Shown piece by piece: positions 39,303 to 49,500 of a stretch of 64,000 nucleotides of DNA. Source of the stretch: an uncultured Spirochaetota bacterium. GTDB taxonomy: Bacteria; Spirochaetota; Spirochaetia; SZUA-6; Fen-1364. Both the position numbers and the translations under genes were made by a program. Where the stretch lies: the NCBI GenBank assembly GCA_963781885.1, contig CAWAHW010000001.1, forward strand, positions 32,001-96,000. Direction: 5' to 3'. The notes beneath the pieces are model-generated. The model saw nothing but the letters and a program-made list of their open reading frames with translations. It was not told where the DNA came from and made no database searches. The number at the start of each line of letters is the position of its first letter. The stretch's first letter is position 1.

Positions 39303-40985
39303 ATGAGAAAAATCCGCGCGGCAGCTCCCGCTGTCACCGAAGCTCCGCAGCCCGCGGCCACGGCGCGGCAGTGGCTGGCGCTCCTTGTCCTCGGGCTGGG
39401 CCTGGCCATCGTCATCATCGACGGCACCATCGTCAACGTCATCCTGCCGTCCATCAGCTCCGAGTTTACCGCGAATCTCGCCGACCTGCAGTGGGTGAAC
39501 GCGGTCTACGCGCTGGTATACGCGGCCCTCATCGTGACATTCGGCAGGATCGGGGACCAGTTCGGCCGCCGGCGCATGTTCGCGATCGGCGTCGTGGTGT
39601 TCGTCGCCGGCTCGGTCCTGTCGGGCGCGGCCTCGTCCATCGGCATGCTGATCGGCGCCCGGGCGCTGCAGGGCCTCGGCGCGGCAATGACATCGCCCTC
39701 CACGCTTTCCATCATCTCGGGCACGTTCACCGGCCGCATGCGCGGTGTCGCGTTCGGGGTCTGGGGGGCGATCGCGGGCGCATCGGCTGCGCTGGGTCCG
39801 CTGCTGGGAGGGTGGCTGGCCACCTCGGCGACATGGCGGTGGGCATTCTTCATCAATGTGCCCATCGGTATCGTGGCATTCGTCGGGGCGTTCCTCGTCG
39901 TGGATGAATCGCACGTGGAAGGCCGGGGCGCCCGGGTCGACGTACCGGGCATTCTGCTGGTGACTCTTGGCGTCGGAGCGCTTGTGCTCGGTCTGATCGA
40001 AGGCCAGAGCTACGGGTGGATCGCGCCCAAGAATGGATTTGCACTTGGCTCCTGGGCGTGGCCGTTTGCCGGCGTCTCATTCTCCGCGACAAGCTTTGTG
40101 ATAGCCGTGATCGGCATCGCCGGATTCGTGCTCTGGGAGCTCTCGATGAAAAGGCGGGGAAGGGAGCCTCTCTTCGATTTCACCCTGCTGGGCTACCGCA
40201 GCTTCCGATTCGGGCTGCTCACCGTGTCCATCGTTGCCCTTGGCGAGTTCGGGGTCATCTTCGCCCTGTCCCTCTACCTCCAGGGCGTGCTGGGCTATAC
40301 CGCGCTTGCCACCGGTCTGACATTCCTGCCCTTTGCCGCCCTCACGCTGGTTGTCGCTCCCTCCGCGGGCCTGCTGGCGGCGCGTTTCGGCCCCAAATGG
40401 GTCGTGACGGCCGGCATGCTCTTCGAAGCGGTGTTCATATTCGCCTTGAGCCGCCTGCTGCGCATAGACACATCGCAGACGGCGATCATCCTCGTGCTCC
40501 TCGGCTACGGCGTCGGCGTCGGTCTTGCCATCGCGCAGCTCACGAACATCGTACTGAGCGAGATCCCCCAGAACAGGCTCGGGGCCGGGTCCGGGGCAAA
40601 CAACACGCTCCGGCAGGTGGGAGCGGCGCTGGGGACGGCGGTGATCGGCGCCGTGCTCAGCACGACGCTCTCCCTGTCCGCGCAGACACGGCTCAGCAAG
40701 GTCACGGACATCCCCCCGTTCGTGAAGAGCGCCATCGTTTCGTCACTCGACCGGGGAGCGAGCTTCTCCGAAGGGTCGATCGGCGTGAAAGGCGCGCCGG
40801 CAGGGGCCGCGAACACGGCCGCCGCGCAGGAAGTGGGGCGCGTGATCAAGGAATCCTTCGTGGACGCCACGCGCGCGGCGGCCGCGGCGGCGAGCATCTT
40901 CGTGCTGCTCGGCGCGATCAGCTCGCTCCTCATCCCGACCACCGTTCGCCGGCAGGAGCCAGGCTCCGGAAAAAAGGCGGTGTAG
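39303..40985 (+). CDS. DHA2 (EmrB/QacA) MFS efflux transporter
   Basis: IDGTIVNV.LP, GRIGDQFGRRR, GPLLGG.L....WRWAFFINVPIG. Confidence 0.93.
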   Translation: MRKIRAAAPAVTEAPQPAATARQWLALLVLGLGLAIVIIDGTIVNVILPSISSEFTANLADLQWVNAVYALVYAALIVTFGRIGDQFGRRRMFAIGVVVFVAGSVLSGAASSIGMLIGARALQGLGAAMTSPSTLSIISGTFTGRMRGVAFGVWGAIAGASAALGPLLGGWLATSATWRWAFFINVPIGIVAFVGAFLVVDESHVEGRGARVDVPGILLVTLGVGALVLGLIEGQSYGWIAPKNGFALGSWAWPFAGVSFSATSFVIAVIGIAGFVLWELSMKRRGREPLFDFTLLGYRSFRFGLLTVSIVALGEFGVIFALSLYLQGVLGYTALATGLTFLPFAALTLVVAPSAGLLAARFGPKWVVTAGMLFEAVFIFALSRLLRIDTSQTAIILVLLGYGVGVGLAIAQLTNIVLSEIPQNRLGAGSGANNTLRQVGAALGTAVIGAVLSTTLSLSAQTRLSKVTDIPPFVKSAIVSSLDRGASFSEGSIGVKGAPAGAANTAAAQEVGRVIKESFVDATRAAAAAASIFVLLGAISSLLIPTTVRRQEPGSGKKAV

Positions 40986-40986
40986 A

Positions 40987-41421
40987 ATGTACAGGAAGAT
41001 AATCGTCCCCCTCGACGGCTCCACGAGCGCGGAATGCGTCCTGGACCACGTGAATGAGATCGCCGGCAAGGGTACGGAGATCGTCCTCGTCCGCGTCATC
41101 GCCAAGCCCCACTATGAATACCTGCTCCGCGATGCGCAGCTCTCGGCGTGCCTCGACGACGATGAGACGACCGAGGCCGGCCAATACCTGAAACGGGTCG
41201 CCGCGCGCGTGAAAAAGCCCGGCGTCGCCGTCTCCCGGTGCGTCATCCCCGACAAGGGACCGATTGCCCGCGTTCTGGGGGACTTTGCGCTGCAGGCCAA
41301 AGCGGACCTGATCGCGATATCCGCCCATGGCCGGCCCGGCCTCGTCGGTCGGCTCATGGGCAGCGTCGCCGACCGACTTTCGCACGAGACAAAGATCACG
41401 GTCCTGCTGGTGCATCCCTAG
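40987..41421 (+). CDS. universal stress protein
   Basis: MYRKIIVPLDGS, ADLIAISAHGR.G...LMGSVADR. Confidence 0.93.
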   Translation: MYRKIIVPLDGSTSAECVLDHVNEIAGKGTEIVLVRVIAKPHYEYLLRDAQLSACLDDDETTEAGQYLKRVAARVKKPGVAVSRCVIPDKGPIARVLGDFALQAKADLIAISAHGRPGLVGRLMGSVADRLSHETKITVLLVHP

Positions 41422-41482
41422 CGTCGTACCCGGCGCGAGAGCGTCCGCACGATTGGCCTCCTTTTTGCTACACAATTGGGGC

Positions 41483-42100
41483 ATGCAACATGAGGAGACG
41501 AATCAGATGCCCCAAGAGTCTGCTGAATCCAACGGACAGGACCCGGTTCCGGGACTGCGGTTCCGCCCCGTCACGACGAAGACCCTCGGTGACCTCGCCT
41601 CTTTCCGGCTCTCGCACAGGACATTCGGCAGTTGCTCCTGCATGCGGTGGCGCATGCGACGTACAGAGTTTTCGCGCACGACGAAGAGCGTGCGCTGCGT
41701 CGCCTTCGACGGGCTCGTGGCGGCAGGCATACCGGTCGGTGTCCTGGGCTATGTTGATGACGTCCCGATCGGGTGGTGCTCCATCGCACCCATCGAATCC
41801 TTTGCCGGCCTGGACGGACAGGCGTCCGCCGACGCGCGGAACGAAGAGCACGTCTGGGCGGTGACCTGTTTTTACGTCGACTACCGTCATCGCCGGCAGG
41901 GTGTCGCGCTCCATCTCCTGCGCGCCGCGGTCGAATACGCGTGGGCCGAGGGCGCGAAGGTCATCGAGGGATACCCTAACGAATCGGCGCATCACCCACA
42001 TGGTTTCATGGGAACGCCGGCCGTGTTTCGCCGGGCGGGCTTCCGTGAGGCGACCCCGCCGGGGAAAAAGAAACGCGTCATGCGGAATATCGTCGGGTGA
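41483..42100 (+). CDS. GNAT-family N-acetyltransferase
   Basis: CSCMRWR, GWCSIAP, CFYV...RRQGVA, IEGYP; start 41483 or 41507. Confidence 0.88.
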   Translation: MQHEETNQMPQESAESNGQDPVPGLRFRPVTTKTLGDLASFRLSHRTFGSCSCMRWRMRRTEFSRTTKSVRCVAFDGLVAAGIPVGVLGYVDDVPIGWCSIAPIESFAGLDGQASADARNEEHVWAVTCFYVDYRHRRQGVALHLLRAAVEYAWAEGAKVIEGYPNESAHHPHGFMGTPAVFRRAGFREATPPGKKKRVMRNIVG

Positions 42101-42161
42101 GGATTATGACAAATATGTATGAATGATGGATAGATGCTACAACTCCGTATCTTCCTGCAGA

Positions 42162-42204
42162 GGGCGCCCATTGAAGGCGCCCGCAAATGCCCATGAAAAG
42201 GCAT
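42162..42204. promoter_or_regulatory. two NtrC-like inverted repeats
   Basis: GGGCGCC-N7-GGCGCCC (42162-42182) and ATGCC-N8-GGCAT (42187-42204) upstream of sigma54 site. Confidence 0.45.
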
Positions 42205-42223
42205 GAAAACGGCCCCGGGCTGC

Positions 42224-42240
42224 TTGGCACAATTCTTGCT
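42224..42240 (+). promoter_or_regulatory. sigma54 (-24/-12) promoter of amtB-glnK
   Basis: TTGGCACAATTCTTGCT matches TGGCAC-N5-TTGC with GG-N10-GC spacing. Confidence 0.85.
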
Positions 42241-42290
42241 AAAAGCCTCTATCCCCCGCCGAGGCGGACAAGGGATCGAAGGAGGTTTCT

Positions 42291-43844
42291 ATGCGAAGGG
42301 CCGGTCTACGGAAGCTTATCGTGCCGGGCATCGTGATGTTCCTGGTCTTCGTCGTCAATGGAATTGCGTCGGCCCAGACGAACGGACCCACACTCGGTGA
42401 CCTGGCAACTTCCACGAATATCATGTGGACCTTCATCACGGGGTTCCTCGTGTTCTTCATGCAGGCGGGCTTCGCGCTGGTCGAGACGGGATTCACCCGT
42501 TCGAAGAACGTTGCCCACACGATGATGATGAACATGATGGTCTTCTGCATTGGCGCGCTTGGATACTGGCTTGTCGGCTTCGCCTTCCAGTTCGGCGGCG
42601 TGGGCTTCACCTTCCCCGCCATCGGCGCAAAGGCGGCCAACAGCTTCGGTCCCAGCACGCTGGGTGACTTCGGCAGTCACCTGAGTACGTGGTTGATCCG
42701 ATTCGGACAGACCGGCATCCTGGGCGGTGACGGCTTCCTTCTCACGAAGGGCGTCCGCGACGTGAGCGGCATCCTTGCCTTCTTCCTCTTCCAGATGGTG
42801 TTCATGGACACCGCGGCAACAATCCCGACTGGCGCCATGGCGGAGCGGCTGAAATTCACCGGCTTTGTCCTGATGGGCCTCTGGGTGAGCATGGTGATCT
42901 ACCCGCTCGTGGGCAACTGGGTCTGGGGCGGCGGCTGGTTGGCCAACCTCGGGCGCACCGCGGGCCTGGGAAACGGGGCAGTGGACTTTGCCGGATCCGG
43001 CGTCGTGCACATGATCGGAGGCGCAGTGGCACTTGCCGGAGCGGTCGCCATCGGCCCGCGCATCGGCAGGTTCAACAAGGACGGAACGGCCAACGCGATG
43101 CCCGGGCACAACATCCCCCTTGGCGTCCTGGGAACGATCATACTGTTCTTCGGCTGGTTCGGCTTCAACCCCGGTTCATCGCTTGCATTCGTCGGCGGCG
43201 GACAGAATCTTGCCGCGAACGCGGCAGTCAACACGCTCCTTGCGGGTGGTGCGGGCGGCGTCTCGGCGATGCTCTACATGTGGTGGTTCGGACCCACCAA
43301 GAAGCCTGACCCGAGTCTCTCGGTCAACGGCGTCCTTGCAGGGTTGGTCGCCATCACTTCACCCTGCGCTTTCGTGAACGCCACCGGCGCCGTGGCAATC
43401 GGGCTGATCGCAGGAGTGATCGTCTGCCTCGCCGTCTTCCTTCTTGAACGGCTCCACATCGACGACCCCGTGGGTGCCGTTCCCGTGCACTTCTTCAACG
43501 GCATCTGGGGCCTGCTCTCGGTCGGCATCTTCGCGGACAAGGGTGCGAGCTCCGCAGGTTGGAACGGCGTGGACGGACCCGTCACGGGGCTCCTGTTCGG
43601 CGGTGGGACGCAGATCCTTGCACAGCTCTTGGAGGTCGCGTCGATCTTCGTGGTTGTCGGCGGGCTTTCCTTCCTGTTCTTCAAGCTCCTGTCGGCGTTG
43701 AAGCTCCTTCGCAGCGAGCCCGAGCACGAGCTCATGGGGCTGGACATGCCGGAGATGGGCGCGCAGGGTTACAGCAACATCGACGTGCATACGCACGGTA
43801 TCCGCCTGACGAGACCCGAAGTGCGCGCCGCGGGCCGTGAGTGA
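42291..43844 (+). CDS. amtB: ammonium transporter
   Basis: FFMQAGFALVETG, FQMVF, GAMAER, DFAGSGVVH, GWFGFN.GS, IDDPVGAVPVH. Confidence 0.96.
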   Translation: MRRAGLRKLIVPGIVMFLVFVVNGIASAQTNGPTLGDLATSTNIMWTFITGFLVFFMQAGFALVETGFTRSKNVAHTMMMNMMVFCIGALGYWLVGFAFQFGGVGFTFPAIGAKAANSFGPSTLGDFGSHLSTWLIRFGQTGILGGDGFLLTKGVRDVSGILAFFLFQMVFMDTAATIPTGAMAERLKFTGFVLMGLWVSMVIYPLVGNWVWGGGWLANLGRTAGLGNGAVDFAGSGVVHMIGGAVALAGAVAIGPRIGRFNKDGTANAMPGHNIPLGVLGTIILFFGWFGFNPGSSLAFVGGGQNLAANAAVNTLLAGGAGGVSAMLYMWWFGPTKKPDPSLSVNGVLAGLVAITSPCAFVNATGAVAIGLIAGVIVCLAVFLLERLHIDDPVGAVPVHFFNGIWGLLSVGIFADKGASSAGWNGVDGPVTGLLFGGGTQILAQLLEVASIFVVVGGLSFLFFKLLSALKLLRSEPEHELMGLDMPEMGAQGYSNIDVHTHGIRLTRPEVRAAGRE

Positions 43845-43857
43845 AAGGAGGATTGCA

Positions 43858-44244
43858 ATGACCAGGAAAATAGAAGCAATCATACGCGAAGAGGCTCTGG
43901 ATGCGGTGAAGGATGCTCTGCACGATATCGGAATCGTGGGCATGAACGTCTTCGAGATCCGTGGGCATGGGCGCCAGGGAGGCATTCCGCTCTCCTGGCG
44001 GGGCACCTCCTACAAAATGGACCTCATCCCCAAGGTGCAGCTCAACATCATCCTGAGCGACAACAACGTGGACAAGACCATCGATGCGATCGTGAAGGCG
44101 GCCCGCACGGGAAACGAAGGCGACGGCATAATCTTCGTCTACCCCGTGGAGGACGTCGTGCGCATCCGCACGGGTGAGCGGGGGCACCAGGCGATCATGT
44201 ACCCCGACGACATCGACACGAAGGCGGGAAAGAAGGGCAAGTAA
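43858..44244 (+). CDS. glnK: P-II nitrogen regulatory protein
   Basis: KIEAIIR, G.GRQ.G....RG..Y..D.IPKV, ARTG..GDG.IFV, VRIRTGERG; adjacent to amtB. Confidence 0.92.
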   Translation: MTRKIEAIIREEALDAVKDALHDIGIVGMNVFEIRGHGRQGGIPLSWRGTSYKMDLIPKVQLNIILSDNNVDKTIDAIVKAARTGNEGDGIIFVYPVEDVVRIRTGERGHQAIMYPDDIDTKAGKKGK

Positions 44245-44386
44245 GAAGCCCCTTTTCATTGGGAATGGACCCGCGGCGGACGTGCGACCCTCCTCGACCG
44301 TCCGCCGCTTTCTTGTCCCCGGGGTTACGGGGCCGGCTTGCCTCGGGCGCGCCTGTCCCGGTATTGTAACATCAGGCGATCCCGCC

Positions 44387-46516
44387 ATGGCGAAAGAGAA
44401 ACAGGACAGGCTTCCGTCCCCCGACGTCGACGCGCCGACCCCGGACCCGTCCGACGAAGCGCTCGACATGCTGCGGAAATCAATCGATATCGCTTACGAC
44501 GCGGCGTTCTGGCTCGATGGGACCGGGAGGTTCGTCTACGTCAACCAGTCCGCGTGCCACTCCGTTGGATACACGCGGGAAGAGCTCCTGTCGATGCATC
44601 TTTCCGACGTCAACCTGACGTCGCCGCCGGGCGGTTGGGAGGTCATGCTCGATCGGGTCCGGAAAGTCGGCACCGTGCGCATGGAATCGGAGCATCGCCG
44701 CAAGGACGGCACGGTGTTTCCGGTGGAAATCGTCTCGACGTATGTCGTTGTCGGCGGGCATGGATACGTGAACGGGTTCGCGCGCGACATCACCCAGCGC
44801 AAGCAGGCTGAGACGGCGCTGCGGCAGCGCATCGACGAGCTTTCCGCGCTCCAGTCCACGGTGCTGGAGATCACGGCCCCGCATGAGCTCTCCGATCTCC
44901 TCCAGACCATCGTCGAAAGGGCGGCGCGCCTTCTCAACGCGGACGGCGGGGCGCTCTACCTCTGCGATTCACAGACGCAGGCGGCGCGCTGCGTCGTGAG
45001 CTACAATACGCCGCGCGACTTTTCCGGCACGGTCCTGAAATACGGCGAGGGCGCCGCCGGCATCGTGTGGAAAACCGGCGAACCCCTGCTCATCGACGAC
45101 TACCGGACATGGAACGGGCGCGCCGCCACCTTCGACAGCGAGCAGCCCTTCCGCGCCGTGGCCACTGCCCCCCTGCTCTGGCGGGGCGACGTGACGGGCG
45201 TCATCCACGCGCTGCGCTTCCGGGACAGCAACCCCTTCACCCCGGACGACCTGGGGCTCCTCACTCTTTTTGCCAATCATGCCGCCATTGCCGCGGAGAA
45301 CGCGCGGCTGCGGGAGGGTCTCCGCCGCGAGCTGGCCGAGCACAAACGCAGCGAGGAGCAGCGCATCGCCCTGGAGCGCCGGATGCTCTCCGCGCAGAAA
45401 CTCGAGGGTCTGGGGCTGCTCGCGGGTGGCGTGGCCCACGATTTCAACAACATGCTCGCCGTGATCATCGGCTACGCGGAGATGCTGAAGAGCACGCTGC
45501 CGGCGCTCTCCGACGCGCGGACGAGCGTCGATGAGATCATCATGGCGGCGGGCCGGTCGCGCGACCTCACGAAGAAGCTGCTCGCCATCGGCCGCCGGCA
45601 GGCGCTCGCCATGGAGCCTCTGGACCTGAACCAGGTGATCCGCGGCTCCGAGAATCTCCTGCGGCGCACCGTGCGGGAAAACATCGCCATCGAACTGCGC
45701 GCGGCCCCTTCCCTTGCGCGGGTGATGGCCGACGGCGGACAGATCGAGCAGGTCATCCTGAATCTCGCCGCGAACGCGCAGGATGCCATGCCCCAGGGCG
45801 GGACGCTCCTCTTTGAAACGCGCGACCTGGTCCTGGAGGAAGCCGCCGCCGCGGAGCGCGAGATCGCGCCCGGCAGATGCGTGCTTCTGTCAGTGAAGGA
45901 CACGGGGTACGGCATGACCACGGAGACGCTGGGAAAGATATTCGATCCGTTCTTCACCACCAAGGACGAGGGAAAGGGAACGGGCCTGGGGCTATCGACC
46001 GTCTACGGCATCGTGAAACAGCACAATGGCAGCATCGACGTCCAGAGCGAGCCGGGCGCGGGGACTCGATTCGACATCTACTTTCCCGGCACCGAGGCGC
46101 CGAGCCTTCAGAAAAGCAATGAAGAACAGCGAAAGCCCGAGAAGGGCGCCGAGACAATACTCGTGGTGGAGGACCAGGACCAGCTGCGGAAGCTCGTCTG
46201 CCGCCAGCTCAGCACCGGCGGCTACACCATACTCGATGCGCGGGACGGCGCGTCCGCCCTCCAGGCGGCCTCGAATCACGCCGGCCCCATCCACCTCCTG
46301 GTCACCGACGTCGTGCTGCCCGGCGTGAACGGCAGGGAGATCTTCGACCGCCTGCGTGAAGAGCGCGGAGACCTGAAGGTGATCTATATGTCCGGCTACG
46401 CGGGCGACATCCTGAACGAAAGCGGCATCACGCCCGAAGGCGTCGACCTGATCCAGAAGCCGTTCCGTTTGCACGATCTTGCCGCAAAGGTGCGCGACGT
46501 GCTGAACCGTGACTGA
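44387..46516 (+). CDS. cytoplasmic hybrid histidine kinase PAS-GAF-HisKA-HATPase-REC
   Basis: HRRKDGTVFPVE; GAF; LAGGVAHDFNN, NA.DAM, PFFTTK..GKGTGLGL; REC with KPF. Confidence 0.93.
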   Translation: MAKEKQDRLPSPDVDAPTPDPSDEALDMLRKSIDIAYDAAFWLDGTGRFVYVNQSACHSVGYTREELLSMHLSDVNLTSPPGGWEVMLDRVRKVGTVRMESEHRRKDGTVFPVEIVSTYVVVGGHGYVNGFARDITQRKQAETALRQRIDELSALQSTVLEITAPHELSDLLQTIVERAARLLNADGGALYLCDSQTQAARCVVSYNTPRDFSGTVLKYGEGAAGIVWKTGEPLLIDDYRTWNGRAATFDSEQPFRAVATAPLLWRGDVTGVIHALRFRDSNPFTPDDLGLLTLFANHAAIAAENARLREGLRRELAEHKRSEEQRIALERRMLSAQKLEGLGLLAGGVAHDFNNMLAVIIGYAEMLKSTLPALSDARTSVDEIIMAAGRSRDLTKKLLAIGRRQALAMEPLDLNQVIRGSENLLRRTVRENIAIELRAAPSLARVMADGGQIEQVILNLAANAQDAMPQGGTLLFETRDLVLEEAAAAEREIAPGRCVLLSVKDTGYGMTTETLGKIFDPFFTTKDEGKGTGLGLSTVYGIVKQHNGSIDVQSEPGAGTRFDIYFPGTEAPSLQKSNEEQRKPEKGAETILVVEDQDQLRKLVCRQLSTGGYTILDARDGASALQAASNHAGPIHLLVTDVVLPGVNGREIFDRLREERGDLKVIYMSGYAGDILNESGITPEGVDLIQKPFRLHDLAAKVRDVLNRD

Positions 46517-46530
46517 GAAGCGAGAAAACA

Positions 46531-49500
46531 ATGCGTCGTTGGATCGGTCGTATCGTTCATCCACCCGTCTTTTCCGATGCCGAGCGGACCCGGCGGGCAA
46601 ATGCACTGCGGGCCTGTCTGGCGGCGTATCTCCTGATCGCCGTCATCGGTATTGCGCTGGCTCCCTTCGTGGCGGTTCCCCCGGTCGCGAGCGCGATTTT
46701 TCTTTCCTGCGTTCTGCTCGGCCTTGCGGGCGCCTTCTTGCTTGCCAGTCTCGGACGGGTGACCGCCGCTGCCTTTCTCTTTCCCTTCATCCTCTGGTGC
46801 GCGCTGGCCCTGCTCGGGTTGTTCGGGGGCGGCCTGCGCAGCTTCGCCTTTCCCCTTTTCGGGCTCGTCGTGCTTCTCTCCAGCCTCCTGGTCGGACCAA
46901 GAGGCGACGCAATCTTCATCCCGCTGAGCATCGGGGCAGGCGCAGTCTTCTACTATCTTGACGCGCGCGGCCTTCTGCCCACGCCGTTTTTCGCTCCGAA
47001 CCCCCTGGCGCTCGGCGTTGTGCTGGCCGTGGGATGGTTCCTGACCGGCAGCGCGATCTTCCTCTCCCGCCGGGGCCCCCTGGACCTCATCATCGGGGCG
47101 CGGCGCAGCAACGCTTTCCTCATCGAGCAGACCCGGCAGCTTCGGACCGAGATCGAGCAGCGCCGCGAGGCGGAGGTCGTCGCGGAAGCGCGGACCCGCA
47201 GCCTGATCGCGGCAAGCAGGATGGCGGTGCAATGCGCCACGGCGCCCCGGGGAAGCGACCCGCTGCTGCTGATCGCGGAGCAGATCCACGAGGTGACGGG
47301 CGCGGTCGGCACGGTCATATCGACCTACGACCCCGACCGGCGGGAATTGCACGTCCGGCAGGTCGTCGTCCGCGACCCCCTCCGCAGGCTCGGCGAACGG
47401 ATCGTCGGCGGCGGCGCGCAGGGAATGGTCGTGCCCGTGCCGCCCGAACAGGTGGAACGGATGCTCCGCAGCGGGGTCGTGGAGACGACCGATCTTGCGG
47501 AGGTCACGTTCGGCGCGATACCTCCTTCCGTTGCATTTGCGCTGAAGAAGGCCCTGCATATCGAGCGCTTCACGGGCTTCGCGCTGCACGACGCGGACCG
47601 GATACTCGCGACGGTGCTCGTGGGACTGGCGCCGGGCACGCCGCACCTCGATCCCGAGGTGACGGAGATATTCAGTACGGTGGCGACGATGCTCCTGCGC
47701 GAGCAGAGAGCGGAAGACGTCGTGCGGGAATCCGAAAGCCGGTTCAAGGAAATGGTGGACCAGCTTCCCCAGCCGGTCGTCGAGCTGGACGCGGCGGGCG
47801 CGCTGATCTTTGCCAACGAGATGGCGCGTGAGGTCTTCGGCGGCGCGGGACGCGACGCGCAGGCGATGCGGCCATTCGACATGGTGGTGCCCCGGGACCG
47901 GCGCGCCGCGCGCGCGGAGTTTGCCTCCGTTCGCGCCGGACGTATCCAGAGGAGAACCGAGTTCACGTGCGTGCGGGCCGACGGGAGCCCGTTCACGGCC
48001 GTCATCTCGGCCCGGCCGATCCGCCGCGGCAATCGCGTGAGCGGCGTGCGGGGCGTCATTGCCGATGTCTCATCGGTTCGGAAAGCGGAAGAAGACGCGC
48101 GCGATTCGCGGCGCATGCTCCAGCTCGTCCTCGATCTCATTCCCCAGTCGATCTTCTGGAAGGATACGAAATCGCGGTATCTCGGCTGCAACGGCGTCTT
48201 TGCCGAGATGGCCGGTCTTGCCCGTCCCGAGGACGTCGTCGGGCTCACGGACGATGATTTGCTCTGGTCCGGCGAGGCGGAAAGCTATCGTGAGATCGAC
48301 ATGCAGGTTCTCACGTCGGGGAGCCCCCGGGACCAGTACGTGCAGACGATGGTGACGAACGCGGGGGAAAACCGACAGGTCAGGGTCAGCAAGCTGCCCC
48401 TGCGCAGCGCCGACGGAACGCTGCTCGGCGTGCTGGGCGTGGCGGAGGACATCACGGCATGGATCAGCAGCGAGGCGGAGAGGCTCCTCCTGGGCACCGC
48501 GATAGAGAAGGCCGTGGAAAGCGTGGTCATCACGGACGCGGCCGGTGCCATAGAATACGTCAACCCCGTGTTCCTGAAAAACTTCGGCTACACGCGGGAG
48601 GAGGTGCTCGGCCGCAACCCGAGGCTCCTGAAGAGCGGACGGCATGACGAGGAATACTATCGAGAGCTCTGGGCGACAATAGACGCGGGGAAGGTCTGGC
48701 AGGGGAAGTTCTACAACCTGCGCAAGGACCGGTCCCTGCTCATCGAGGAGGCCATCATCAGCCCCGTGCTGGGGCCGGGCGGCACGGCGTCGCATTTCGT
48801 GAAGGTGGCCCGCGACGTCACCTACGAGATGAGCCTGGAGGAGCGCTTCCAGCAGGCGCAGAAGATGGAAGCCGTCGGGCGGCTTGCCGGCGGGATGGCG
48901 CACGACTTCAACAACATCCTCACCGTGATCTCGGGCTACAGCGAGATCCTGGACCGCACGCTCGGCAATGACGGCCAGGGCCGCGACGAAATACGGGCCA
49001 TCATCGACGCGGCGGCGCGGGCGAGCACGCTGACCGGGCAGCTCCTTGCCTTCAGCCGCAAGCAGAAGCTTCAGCCGCAGGTCATCGAGCTGAACGCGGT
49101 GGTCCGCGGCATCGAGCAGATGCTGCGCCGCCTGATCGGGGAGGACGTCGACCTCACGACGGAGCTCGTGCCCTTCGCGGGCAATGTCTTTGTCGACAAG
49201 GGGCAAATCGAACAGGTGATCCTGAATCTCGCGGTGAATGCGCGCGACGCCATGCCCAAGGGCGGCCACCTCCACCTGCAGACCCGTACGGTGCAGCCCG
49301 ACGAGGCACTGCTCGACGCGCACGTGAACGCGGCCCCCGGGCCGTACGCGGTCCTGGAGGTGACGGACACGGGGACGGGCATGACGGAGGAGGTGAAGGC
49401 GCACCTGTTCGAGCCATTCTTCACCACGAAGCCCGAGCACAAGGGAACGGGGCTCGGGCTCGCCACCGTCTATGGGATCGTGGCGCAAAGCGGCGGATTC

